Virus record (IMG/VR): IMGVR_UViG_3300032330_000294
Coordinates: 1 to 49,629 of that record
From: a virus
Lineage: Duplodnaviria > Caudoviricetes
Strand: one strand, 5' to 3'
DNA: 49,629 bases
Below are positions 30,082 to 39,340 of this stretch, in pieces. Position numbers and translations under genes: made by a program. Position 1 is the first letter of the stretch. Every line of letters starts with the position of its first letter. The notes beneath the pieces were generated by a model, which worked only from the letters and a program-made list of their open reading frames with translations, was not told the origin of the DNA and did no database searches.

Positions 30082-32583
30082 ATGTCTAGTAACAGTTCAG
30101 TCGGAAACGAATTATTTTTAAAATTAAAAAGCCATTTTCCTAAGATACGTTTAGGAGATCAAGGAGGCATGAGCACTGTTGATCCTCGTAAAGCAGTATT
30201 CTTTGACTTTGACTTTACTGTAGCAGATAAAGTTATCTCATCAATAAGCATCAGTTTATCTGATGAAGGAACTATGAGGATATTCTATAGTAACGATACT
30301 ATAAAAGATAATGATGATATTGTAAAAGGAGAATGGTTTAATTTCCTTAAGAGCATGAGAATGTTTGCTAAAAAGAGATTACTATCGTTTGAACCAAAAA
30401 ATATTGTCAAGAAAAATTTAGATAAGAGAGATTATAACTTTCTAGCAAAGAAAAATAAGGATCAAGCAATGAGCGAATCGTCATTATATGGATCAACAAG
30501 ATCAAGCTATCAAAAACTTGAAAACACAAAGTTGATCATCCGTCACTCAAAGAAGATTGATGAAGCAGGAATTAATAGCCGCACTAGAAACATTGAATCA
30601 GTCTATGTTGAAAGTGCAAACGGAGAACGATTCCGTTATCCTTTTATCCATCTTTCAGGCGCACGAGCAATGCAAAGACACGTTGCTAATGGCGGAAATC
30701 CATATGATGGATTTGGTCAGTACATAGTAAGTCTAAGTGAAAACATCTATAACTTACGTCGCTTTAATCAACTGGTTAGTCGCCATGCGTTCTTAGAGAA
30801 TACAGAGATACTTCCAATCGCTGATGCTGCCCGTGTTAAAGTAAAGTCAGTTAAAAAGACATTAGAGAGTATACAGAAGCAACGTGGATACGAGACTGTA
30901 AAAGAAAACTTCATTGCATTTGACAGGACAGAACTAAGTCCAGAAGTATTAGAGAATCTAAAGAGTAGATTTACAATACAGCAGTTTAATGAAGAACTAG
31001 TTGATCTATTCCCATATATCTCCGATCTACTTGGTGAACATCAAGTCAATGAACTAAGTCCAAAAACACTTGGAAATTATGTAAAAGGTGCGTCACAATC
31101 TAGATCATCTAATAGTTATTATAAAGGTCGCGCACAAGATACATCTTCAAGTATCTCAAAGGATTCTGAAGGTCATGTAACTCGCAAAGAAAAGAATCGC
31201 GGTGTCGGAATTGGTAGAGCAGTTGATAGACTAACTAAGGAAGCAGCTCCGTTCGTTAAAGGTGCTCCAGGCAAAGGCCAGGGTAAGCCAAGTGGTGATT
31301 ATGATGATAGTGATGCTGCTCAAGAACCAATTGGTAGCACATTTGGTAAGTTTAAAGACAAGCCACGTGATGAATCATACGATCTAATGATGGCACTACA
31401 AGCAACTCCAGTTATTAAAATGGAACCATTTGATAAAGGATCAATACAAAAGGCACTAGACGGTACACATAATCAGATTAGAGAACTTGAAAAGGCTGCT
31501 AAGGAAAATCCAAGAGATAAGCAAACACAATATGCTCTAGAAAAAGCATCAGCACGTTTAGGCTTACTACAGGCTAGAATTGGAACAGCAGAACCAAAAG
31601 CAACTAATAATGTTACACGCAATGCACTAACAATCGAGCATCTAGCAACACACGTTAAGGATGATCGAATTTCACTGCTACTATCACGTATAAGTGATGA
31701 TTATCCAAAGATGAGCAAAGAAGAACAACGCGAAGTTAATGGCCTAATCAAGTTAATGATGTCTAAGGTTAAGTATGTACCAATGTTCTCTAATGAGAGC
31801 ACAACATTTGAAGAACTAGAAAATCTATTACTTAAGAGAGAAGACACTGAAGAACAGTATGATGAGAAGATAGACTATGTTTCGGAGTATTCACGACTAC
31901 TCGATAACATAACAGGCGACAAGAGCAGTTTAATGAGCGGAGACCCAGAAATACAAGGTAATGCATTAAAGAGTTTAAACAATCTGATGTCAAGCCACTT
32001 CCCCGCAGGAACAAATGGCATTAACGCTATAGAAAGTCTCAAGGGCATCATAGATGATCCTGAGCTATCGCATAAGCTAAAGGAAATAGGCAAAGAAGAT
32101 TCAAATCAATGTGTACGTCCAATAGTTATGCAATGGATTAAAGAAAATGTTCCGCAGCTAGAAAAGGATGTAGATACTGGAGATATGGCTACGGCAACTG
32201 GTGATCCAGCAGCAGCTCCCCCAGCAGATCCAAATGTAGCAGCACCAGCGCCAGCAGATCCAACTGCTGCTGCCGCGCCTGCTCCTGAACCAGCTGCTCC
32301 ACCAGCAGCACCAGCAGATCCAAATGCTCCACCTCCACCAGAACAGGCAGAAGAAATGGAACCTGGTATGCAGCAAGGATCACACGAAGTTAGTGAATAT
32401 GTTAAGTCATTATACGATAGAAACACAGGACGTTTCCCACGTGGTGAGACTGGTGTATTAGTAAGTGTAGATAAGAAGTTTGGACCAAACGCAGTCGGTC
32501 ATGCTAAGAAGATGATCGAACAGCTAAAAGGCACATTTGATGAGAATCTAATGAGAATGAGAAAGCTAGCAGGCGTAAGCTAA
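30082..32583 (+). CDS. Large hypothetical late protein (833 aa), probable virion/internal head protein
   Basis: TAAATA at 30069; GERFRYPFIHLSGARAMQRHV; Pro/Ala-rich linker (about 32200-32345); ends RMRKLAGVS. Confidence 0.6.
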   Translation: MSSNSSVGNELFLKLKSHFPKIRLGDQGGMSTVDPRKAVFFDFDFTVADKVISSISISLSDEGTMRIFYSNDTIKDNDDIVKGEWFNFLKSMRMFAKKRLLSFEPKNIVKKNLDKRDYNFLAKKNKDQAMSESSLYGSTRSSYQKLENTKLIIRHSKKIDEAGINSRTRNIESVYVESANGERFRYPFIHLSGARAMQRHVANGGNPYDGFGQYIVSLSENIYNLRRFNQLVSRHAFLENTEILPIADAARVKVKSVKKTLESIQKQRGYETVKENFIAFDRTELSPEVLENLKSRFTIQQFNEELVDLFPYISDLLGEHQVNELSPKTLGNYVKGASQSRSSNSYYKGRAQDTSSSISKDSEGHVTRKEKNRGVGIGRAVDRLTKEAAPFVKGAPGKGQGKPSGDYDDSDAAQEPIGSTFGKFKDKPRDESYDLMMALQATPVIKMEPFDKGSIQKALDGTHNQIRELEKAAKENPRDKQTQYALEKASARLGLLQARIGTAEPKATNNVTRNALTIEHLATHVKDDRISLLLSRISDDYPKMSKEEQREVNGLIKLMMSKVKYVPMFSNESTTFEELENLLLKREDTEEQYDEKIDYVSEYSRLLDNITGDKSSLMSGDPEIQGNALKSLNNLMSSHFPAGTNGINAIESLKGIIDDPELSHKLKEIGKEDSNQCVRPIVMQWIKENVPQLEKDVDTGDMATATGDPAAAPPADPNVAAPAPADPTAAAAPAPEPAAPPAAPADPNAPPPPEQAEEMEPGMQQGSHEVSEYVKSLYDRNTGRFPRGETGVLVSVDKKFGPNAVGHAKKMIEQLKGTFDENLMRMRKLAGVS

Positions 32584-32601
32584 AAAAACCAAAAATAGAC
32601 A

Positions 32602-32650
32602 TTGACAGATAAATAAAACTGCGCTATAGTAATATAGTGCAGTTTTATTT
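32602..32650 (+). promoter_or_regulatory. Nested sigma70 and late promoters with an 18-bp inverted repeat, upstream of the ssb gene
   Basis: TTGACA(32602)-N17-TATAGT(32625); TAAATA at 32610; arms 32611-32628 and 32633-32650. Confidence 0.75.
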
Positions 32651-32695
32651 TAGGCACAAACACAACAAGCCAAGGCAACATAGGAGATAGGCAAC

Positions 32696-33673
32696 ATGGC
32701 ATCATTAGCAGAAATTCGCGCAAAACTTCGCGAGCAAGAGACAAAGACATCTGGCAACCAGGGTGGTGGTGATAACGCAGTTTATCCGTTCTGGAATCTA
32801 AAAGAAGGACAGGAAGCAGTGCTTCGATTCCTCCCAGATGGTGATACAAATAATACATTTTTCTGGGTTGAGCGAGCAATGATTAAGCTTCCGTTCAACG
32901 GCGTTAAGGGCGAAACTGATTCACGTCCTACACAGGTCCAGGTGCCTTGCGTAGAGATGTGGGGAGAGACTTGCCCAGTATTGAGTGAGGTACGCGGCTG
33001 GTTTAAGGACAAGAGCCTTGAAGATATGGGCCGTAAGTATTGGAAGAAGCGTTCATACTTGTTCCAGGGTATTGTTGTTGATGATCCTATCAAGGAAGAG
33101 AATACACCAGAGAATCCTATCCGTAGGTTTATCCTTGGTCCTCAGATCTTCCAGATCGTCCGTGCAGCACTACTTGATCCTGAGATTGAGGATCTCCCAA
33201 CTGATTACGCACATGGTCTAGACTTCCGTATTGCTAAGACAAGCAAGGGCGGATTTGCTGATTATTCTACATCAAAGTGGGGGCGTCGTGAGCGGGCACT
33301 TAATGATAATGACATTAAGGCTATTAACGCACATGGATTGTTTAATCTAAAGGACTATCTACCTAAGAAGCCAACTGACGTAGAGCTTAAGGTTATCAAG
33401 GAGATGTTTGAAGCATCTGTTGATGGCGAGGCATACGACGCAGAGCGTTGGGGACAGTATTATCGTGCTGCTGGCATGAGCCAAGCAACTGGTGATCCGA
33501 ACACTCGTAATGCTCCAGCAGCATCGCCTAAGGCAGCTGTAGTGGAGGATGACGATATCCCTTTTGAACCAACTCCGGCAAAGGTTGCACCACCTGTTGC
33601 TGAGACAAAGAGTTCAGGTGATAGCAAGGCTAACGACATCCTAAGCATGATCCGCGCAAGGCAGTCTAAGTAA
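32696..33673 (+). CDS. Single-stranded DNA-binding protein (T4 gp32-like)
   Basis: AVLRFLPDGD, CVEMWGETCPV, YWKKRSY, GLDFRIAKT.KGGFADYSTS; AGGAG RBS. Confidence 0.9.
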   Translation: MASLAEIRAKLREQETKTSGNQGGGDNAVYPFWNLKEGQEAVLRFLPDGDTNNTFFWVERAMIKLPFNGVKGETDSRPTQVQVPCVEMWGETCPVLSEVRGWFKDKSLEDMGRKYWKKRSYLFQGIVVDDPIKEENTPENPIRRFILGPQIFQIVRAALLDPEIEDLPTDYAHGLDFRIAKTSKGGFADYSTSKWGRRERALNDNDIKAINAHGLFNLKDYLPKKPTDVELKVIKEMFEASVDGEAYDAERWGQYYRAAGMSQATGDPNTRNAPAASPKAAVVEDDDIPFEPTPAKVAPPVAETKSSGDSKANDILSMIRARQSK

Positions 33674-33679
33674 GATAAA

Positions 33680-33709
33680 GAGTGGGGAATTTCTTCCCCA
33701 CTACTCTTT
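33680..33709 (+). terminator. Terminator-like hairpin after the ssb gene
   Basis: AGTGGGGA-ATTTCT-TCCCCACT followed by ACTCTTT. Confidence 0.6.
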
Positions 33710-33726
33710 ACAATCTGGAGGTATGA

Positions 33727-34785
33727 ATGGCAAAAACATTTGATTTAACTAAATTCCGTAAAAGTCTAACTAAGAGCATTGATGGACTTGGTGTAGGATT
33801 TAATGATCCTACTGATTGGGTCTCTACTGGAAACTATGCTTTAAACTATCTCATTAGTGGTGACTTCCATCGTGGTATTCCACTTGGTAAGGTTACTGTG
33901 TTCGCTGGTGAATCAGGAGCAGGTAAGAGCTACATCTGTTCCGGTAATATTGTTAAACACGCACAAGAACAGAACATCTTTGTAGTGCTCATTGATAGTG
34001 AAAACGCTCTTGACGAGAAATGGCTACACGCACTAGGCGTTGATACTAGCGAAGAAAAACTACTTAAACTTAATATGGCTATGATTGACGACGTAGCAAA
34101 GACTATCCACGAGTTTATGAAAGAATACAAGGCAATGGAAGATCGTCCTAAGGTCTTGTTTGTAGTAGACAGTCTAGGTATGCTGCTAACTCCAACTGAT
34201 ATCAATCAGTTTGAAGCAGGTGATCTAAAGGGTGATATGGGTCGTAAACCTAAGGCACTAACAGCACTTGTACGTAACTGCGTTAATATGTTTGGTTCAT
34301 ATAATGTAGGCATGGTATGTACTAATCACACATATGCAAGCCAAGATATGTTTGATCCAGACGATAAGATCAGTGGTGGCCAGGGTTTCGTTTATGCTAG
34401 TTCTATCGTAGTAGCAATGAAGAAGCTAAAGCTTAAAGAAGATCTAGACGGCAATAAGGTATCAGAAGTTAATGGTATCCGTGCTGCTTGTAAGATCATG
34501 AAGACTCGCTATGCTAAACCTTTTGAAAGCTTACAGATCAAGATCCCCTATGATACAGGTATGAACCCTTATAGTGGATTGCTTGAGCTATTTGAGAAAA
34601 AAGGTATCATTAAGGAACAAGGTAATCGTCTTAAATACATTGATTCTAAAGGTAATGAATTTCTAGAATATCGCAAGAAGTGGACTGGAGATTTGTTGAA
34701 TATGGTCATGCTAGACTATATACTAATCAAGCCAGTTGAACCAGTGGCTGTAGAAGAAGACATTACCGGAGAATCAGTAGAATGA
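33727..34785 (+). CDS. uvsX: RecA-like recombinase
   Basis: STGNYALNYLISG, GESGAGKS, IDSENA, VVDSLG, NHTY, ISGGQG; GGAGG RBS. Confidence 0.93.
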   Translation: MAKTFDLTKFRKSLTKSIDGLGVGFNDPTDWVSTGNYALNYLISGDFHRGIPLGKVTVFAGESGAGKSYICSGNIVKHAQEQNIFVVLIDSENALDEKWLHALGVDTSEEKLLKLNMAMIDDVAKTIHEFMKEYKAMEDRPKVLFVVDSLGMLLTPTDINQFEAGDLKGDMGRKPKALTALVRNCVNMFGSYNVGMVCTNHTYASQDMFDPDDKISGGQGFVYASSIVVAMKKLKLKEDLDGNKVSEVNGIRAACKIMKTRYAKPFESLQIKIPYDTGMNPYSGLLELFEKKGIIKEQGNRLKYIDSKGNEFLEYRKKWTGDLLNMVMLDYILIKPVEPVAVEEDITGESVE

Positions 34786-35000
34786 ACGAAGAACTTATTG
34801 TAGAAATTTGGCACTTAATTAGAGAGTATTCAGATAAGAAGCAGTTAGGCGTTATCGCTGAGAAGTATGTTGATATCCTCAGTGAGAATGGTATAAGTGA
34901 ACAACATATCGAAAACTCTCTAGGAAACGACGATGATCTAGACGAAGCTATACGCATCGCACTAGATATCGAAGAGCCTGAAGACTATGATGACGATTGA
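34782..35000 (+). CDS. Small acidic hypothetical protein (72 aa)
   Basis: ATGA-coupled to uvsX; acidic C-terminus. Confidence 0.65.
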   Translation: MNEELIVEIWHLIREYSDKKQLGVIAEKYVDILSENGISEQHIENSLGNDDDLDEAIRIALDIEEPEDYDDD

Positions 35001-35007
35001 GTGATAC

Positions 35008-35463
35008 ATGACATGGTATTCTAAAGTTAGCCAAGACATTTCTAATATTCCTGAAGCTATCGTCTATTTTGAATACGAACTTACTGAAGCTCGTAGAGAA
35101 GTAAAAATAGTTGGGAATATCGAGAAAGCCGCAGCATCAATGCCTGGTATAGTCGAGCATCGTTATAATCAGCTACAAGAGATCGAAGCTATCTTAGAAT
35201 ACCTAAATATCGAGCAACGCCGTCTACGTAGCCAATTCTTTAAGAAGTATCTAGAGAATTATGCCCGCGCTCTTTCTAGTCGAGACGTAGAGAAATACGT
35301 AGACGGCGAAGCCGATGTTGTGGACTTTGAAAAGATCATTAATGAGTTTGCTTTGCTACGTAACAAGTGGTTGGGCATCATTAAGGCTTTAGATATCAAG
35401 CAGTGGCAATTGAGCAATGTTATCAAATTGCGAGTAGCTGGCATGGAAGACGCAAGTTTGTAA
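35008..35463 (+). CDS. uvsY: Recombination mediator
   Basis: Helical protein with KYVDGEADV and IKALDIKQWQLSNVIKLR, matching the UvsY C-terminal pattern; between uvsX and uvsW. Confidence 0.75.
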   Translation: MTWYSKVSQDISNIPEAIVYFEYELTEARREVKIVGNIEKAAASMPGIVEHRYNQLQEIEAILEYLNIEQRRLRSQFFKKYLENYARALSSRDVEKYVDGEADVVDFEKIINEFALLRNKWLGIIKALDIKQWQLSNVIKLRVAGMEDASL

Positions 35464-35492
35464 TTGACATATATTACGTTTCTATGTATAAT
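35464..35492 (+). promoter_or_regulatory. Consensus sigma70 promoter
   Basis: TTGACA-N17-TATAAT; ATG at 35499. Confidence 0.85.
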
Positions 35493-35498
35493 AGTAAA

Positions 35499-36683
35499 AT
35501 GATGTACATAGAAGATCTTACTCACTATATCCGTGATCCAAGCAACTGTGTTGATAACTCTAAACTCTCTCCTAGAGATAAGAGTGTTATCTTTAGCATG
35601 AGCGCACAGTTATTAAAGAATCCTCCATTGGCATTAACAGAGAAACAAGCAACTCTGTTACTAACTATATTTGAAAACAATCTAGAACTGTATAAGGATA
35701 TTCCTAATTACGAGTTCCTTGTTAAGAATCCAATCTATAAGTATCCCTTCCGAGCTTTAGAACTAGAAAAGAAGATCTTTCTAGCAGTTCATGAGGGGAA
35801 ACAGTACATTCGAGTTAAGTTACCATTTGATAAGAAGATCAACAAGATCTTTAGTGTGTATCGTGGTGATTACACTTTCTTTGATCGTGAGAAGTTCTTT
35901 TATCTAACAGATAAGAACATTTATGGAATTATTACATGCTTAAAAGAATTTGAGTTTGAAATTGATCCAAAGCTACAGTTATGGTACGATGAGATTAAAT
36001 CAATCAAAGATAACTTTGAAGAGCATAAGCCAATAATTGATTACGTAGATAACACGCTTGTGTTACGTAATTCACATAAGAGTGTTGTTAATTACTTTAA
36101 TGAAAATCGTTCTAACAAAGTCATACCAGATATCTTCTTAGCTAGAAGCTTAGGTCTAAGTCCCAGTAAACAACTAACTGAGCAGATACCATCAATATCT
36201 AACGATGAACTTGTACAGAATATGTTGAAGTTAGATGGATCAACTTGTTCTCTTAAAGAAGATATAAATCTAAGTATTGCTATCAATGCTATACAACAAT
36301 GGCCAATACTTATAGTATTAACTGACGAGAGGAATTTACATTCTTCTTTAGATAGTTGGTACACAATGTTTAAGTCTATTGGTGTTAGTAAGAAGGAAAT
36401 GACTGTACTCTTCCGTAGTCAAATGAACAAAAAGTTCAATGAACTTATTAAACAGAACAGCTTAAATAATATGTTAGATGAGAATACCAAGGTAGTATTT
36501 GTTAAAAGCAAACTACCAAAAGTATTGTACAGGACAGGATTTAAGCCTAAGTTTGTTATTACTAGTGGAATGTATTTTTCACATACATCTATACAGAAAT
36601 TAATTGAACATCATCCATATGTACTGTACTATACAGATACTAATTTAAAAACAATTTTAGGACGAAACATTGTCAAGCTGTAA
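35499..36683 (+). CDS. Hypothetical protein (394 aa) upstream of uvsW
   Basis: Start moved to ATG 35499 (MMYIEDL), just after the promoter; no recognisable catalytic motif. Confidence 0.65.
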   Translation: MMYIEDLTHYIRDPSNCVDNSKLSPRDKSVIFSMSAQLLKNPPLALTEKQATLLLTIFENNLELYKDIPNYEFLVKNPIYKYPFRALELEKKIFLAVHEGKQYIRVKLPFDKKINKIFSVYRGDYTFFDREKFFYLTDKNIYGIITCLKEFEFEIDPKLQLWYDEIKSIKDNFEEHKPIIDYVDNTLVLRNSHKSVVNYFNENRSNKVIPDIFLARSLGLSPSKQLTEQIPSISNDELVQNMLKLDGSTCSLKEDINLSIAINAIQQWPILIVLTDERNLHSSLDSWYTMFKSIGVSKKEMTVLFRSQMNKKFNELIKQNSLNNMLDENTKVVFVKSKLPKVLYRTGFKPKFVITSGMYFSHTSIQKLIEHHPYVLYYTDTNLKTILGRNIVKL

Positions 36684-38118
36684 ACTTATTATCAGAGATG
36701 AAGTTAACATTAAGTTCGAAGGCTTGAGTCTTGAAGCTAGAAAGAAACTAGCAAATAAGTTTAAGTATGAAGTCCCGTGGGCAAGGTATCAACCCTCATA
36801 TCGCTTAGGTAGGTGGGATGGTACTGTAGCATTCTTTGGAGTTGGCGGAACAGGATACATTAATCAACTTGATGAAATCCTACCCATACTTGATGATCTA
36901 GGCTATGACATTGAAGTTGATGATCACAGGCAACACCCTTCAATTGCTTTTGAAAAGATCACAGAAGAATTTTGGGGAGACAAAGTTTGGCCAAGTGGTC
37001 ATAGATTCGCCGGAAAGCCGATACGGCTGCGTGATGATCAAGTTGAGGTCATCAATAATTTCCTAGAAACTCCACAAGCATTACAAGAAGTTGCTACTGG
37101 GGCAGGAAAGACGATCATGACCGCGACCTTAAGTAAGATCTGCGAGAAGTATGGAAGGACGATGGTTATCGTCCCAAACAAAAGCCTAGTAGAGCAGACA
37201 GAAGAAGATTATATTAATGTAGGGCTCGATGTTGGAGTATATTACGGAGATCGTAAGGAACTTAACAAGACACACACAATCTGTACTTGGCAGAGCCTAA
37301 ACATACTAGATAAGAAGAGCCACGATACTGATCTACTCACATTAGCAGAGTTTACAGAAGGTGTTGCTGCTATTATTATTGACGAAGTACATCAAGCAAA
37401 GGCAGAAGTACTTAAGAAGCTACTTACCGTTAACTTTGCTAACTCTCCAATACGTTGGGGATTAACTGGAACTGTTCCTAAAGAAAAGTTTGAATACGAA
37501 TCAATCCGCTGCTCGATTGGTGAAGTTATCCATCGTGTTACTGCGAATCAATTACAGGAAAAAGGTATCCTAGCACAGTGTCACGTTAACATTACACAAG
37601 TAACTGATGTTAAGGAGTTTCGATCATATGCTGACGAATACAAATACCTAGTTACAGATCCAGATCGTATTAAATGGTTAAGCAAGAAGATAAACGAGAT
37701 AGCATTAACAGGTAATACACTTGTTCTAGTTAATCGGATTGATTCTGGAAAGCAGTTAATTAATCTAATTCCAGAAGCTGCTTTTGTTAGTGGAGCTGTA
37801 AAGTCAAAAGAGCGAAAGGAAGAGTATGACGAGATTAAGACAAGCGATAACAAGATTATCGTGGCAACATATGGCGTTGCTGCTGTGGGCATTAATATTC
37901 CTCGTATCTTTAATCTTGTTCTCCTTGAGCCTGGCAAGTCTTTTGTTCGCGTCATTCAGTCTATCGGGCGTGGAATACGTAAAGCAGAAGACAAAGACTT
38001 TGTTCAGATCTGGGACATAACATCAAGCTGTAAGTATGCCAAGAGACATTTAACAGAACGTAAGAAATTTTATAAGGACGCAAAATATCCGTTCACGATA
38101 ACAAAGGTAGATATTTAG
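36670..38118 (+). CDS. uvsW: SF2 DNA helicase
   Basis: LRDDQ, ATGAGKT, IIIDEVH, GLTGT, GINIP, QSIGRGIR; TTG start. Confidence 0.92.
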   Translation: MSSCKLIIRDEVNIKFEGLSLEARKKLANKFKYEVPWARYQPSYRLGRWDGTVAFFGVGGTGYINQLDEILPILDDLGYDIEVDDHRQHPSIAFEKITEEFWGDKVWPSGHRFAGKPIRLRDDQVEVINNFLETPQALQEVATGAGKTIMTATLSKICEKYGRTMVIVPNKSLVEQTEEDYINVGLDVGVYYGDRKELNKTHTICTWQSLNILDKKSHDTDLLTLAEFTEGVAAIIIDEVHQAKAEVLKKLLTVNFANSPIRWGLTGTVPKEKFEYESIRCSIGEVIHRVTANQLQEKGILAQCHVNITQVTDVKEFRSYADEYKYLVTDPDRIKWLSKKINEIALTGNTLVLVNRIDSGKQLINLIPEAAFVSGAVKSKERKEEYDEIKTSDNKIIVATYGVAAVGINIPRIFNLVLLEPGKSFVRVIQSIGRGIRKAEDKDFVQIWDITSSCKYAKRHLTERKKFYKDAKYPFTITKVDI

Positions 38119-38128
38119 AAAGATTATA

Positions 38129-38635
38129 ATGCAGATTTTAACACTAGACAACACAACATTTAACTTAAACAATTTACCAGAAGAAGTAGATGATAATATG
38201 AGGTTCTCGGTATTAGATAATTCTAATCCAAACGAACCTGATTTCTTTTTCCAACCATTGATTTTCCTAGAGAGTTTTAATAGCCCAGCAGTTGTACTTA
38301 GGATCGGTAAGTATGAGATTCAAATGCCATTAGACTGGTGTATAGTAGTAGGATGTAAAGAGAGTGGAAATGATCTAGAAGTTATTCCGTTAACATCTCT
38401 TACTGATAGAGGGTTCGATGCATTTATATTCAATCCATTAAGCGACTTTAAGTTTAGCTTTGGCGAAATAGAAATTGTTAATATCTATATGGATGTTAAG
38501 TGGTACTTTCCAAAGATGCGTAATGGACATATATTGGCTACCCCATTAACTGATGGAGAGAAACCCCCATGTGCTTATTTCGTAAAAGAGATAAGTAGAC
38601 AGAGTGAGATCATACAATACGGGAAGCTCATGTGA
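38129..38635 (+). CDS. Hypothetical beta-rich protein (168 aa), possible Hint-like fold
   Basis: Clear ORF directly after uvsW; the fold assignment is inference only. Confidence 0.6.
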   Translation: MQILTLDNTTFNLNNLPEEVDDNMRFSVLDNSNPNEPDFFFQPLIFLESFNSPAVVLRIGKYEIQMPLDWCIVVGCKESGNDLEVIPLTSLTDRGFDAFIFNPLSDFKFSFGEIEIVNIYMDVKWYFPKMRNGHILATPLTDGEKPPCAYFVKEISRQSEIIQYGKLM

Positions 38636-38892
38636 TAGAAATAAAAGTAACCGAGAACGACGATAAAGAGTATATATACGAATCACCAGACTTAGGTGAA
38701 ACTGTTTATCGTCGAGAATTTGGTTGCATGGAACGAGAACTAATACAGAAACCCGAAACTAATTTATTCACATATACAGCATTCCGAGAAATAAGAGAAC
38801 TATCTGAAACGAACACATCTATCAAGAAAGCACTTGATAATCTACTGCTTATATACTATACTGTAAAAGATGACAGAAAAGATAGCACTTAA
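38632..38892 (+). CDS. Hypothetical protein (86 aa)
   Basis: GTGA-coupled start; YIYESPD.GETVYRREFG motif. Confidence 0.6.
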   Translation: MIEIKVTENDDKEYIYESPDLGETVYRREFGCMERELIQKPETNLFTYTAFREIRELSETNTSIKKALDNLLLIYYTVKDDRKDST

Positions 38893-39340
38893 AGAAAAGA
38901 TACTCGCAGTTGATCTTGGAGCTAAGAATCTCTGGGACGACATTGATGACGATCAACGTAAGGCTCTTAAGAGTGAACTTTGGATTTTAAATCGTTATAT
39001 AAGTAATGCCAAGACAAGCAATAGAGAACACGCTGAGCACTTTGTCTTAACTGTAAACGAATATTTCAATAAACATTGGTTTACTCTACAGAAACATCCT
39101 AAACTAATGTGGCAACTGTTATGTATGTGTAACTGGGATGGAAACAAAACATTCTATCATGAATGGCTAGGGTTAGGTAAAAAGACAAAGAACACTAAGC
39201 GAGTTAAGTTATTAGAGGATGTATATCCTAATATGAAACAAGATGAACTAGAACTATTAGCGGAAATTAGCACCAATGATGAACTTAAAGAACTTGCTAG
39301 AGAGCTCGGTTGGACAGATAAGGAGATCAAAGATCTCTAA
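38870..39340 (+). CDS. Clamp-loader small subunit-like protein (T4 gp62-like)
   Basis: WILNRYIS...VNEY.N...HPKLMWQLL...W...K...KLLEDVYP pattern resembles gp62 family members. Confidence 0.5.
   Translation: MTEKIALKEKILAVDLGAKNLWDDIDDDQRKALKSELWILNRYISNAKTSNREHAEHFVLTVNEYFNKHWFTLQKHPKLMWQLLCMCNWDGNKTFYHEWLGLGKKTKNTKRVKLLEDVYPNMKQDELELLAEISTNDELKELARELGWTDKEIKDL

Noticed and set aside
32106-32426. Overlapping minus-strand ORFs over the GC-rich patch
   Set aside because: Shadows of the Pro/Ala linker (CCAGCA repeats) of the 833-aa gene.
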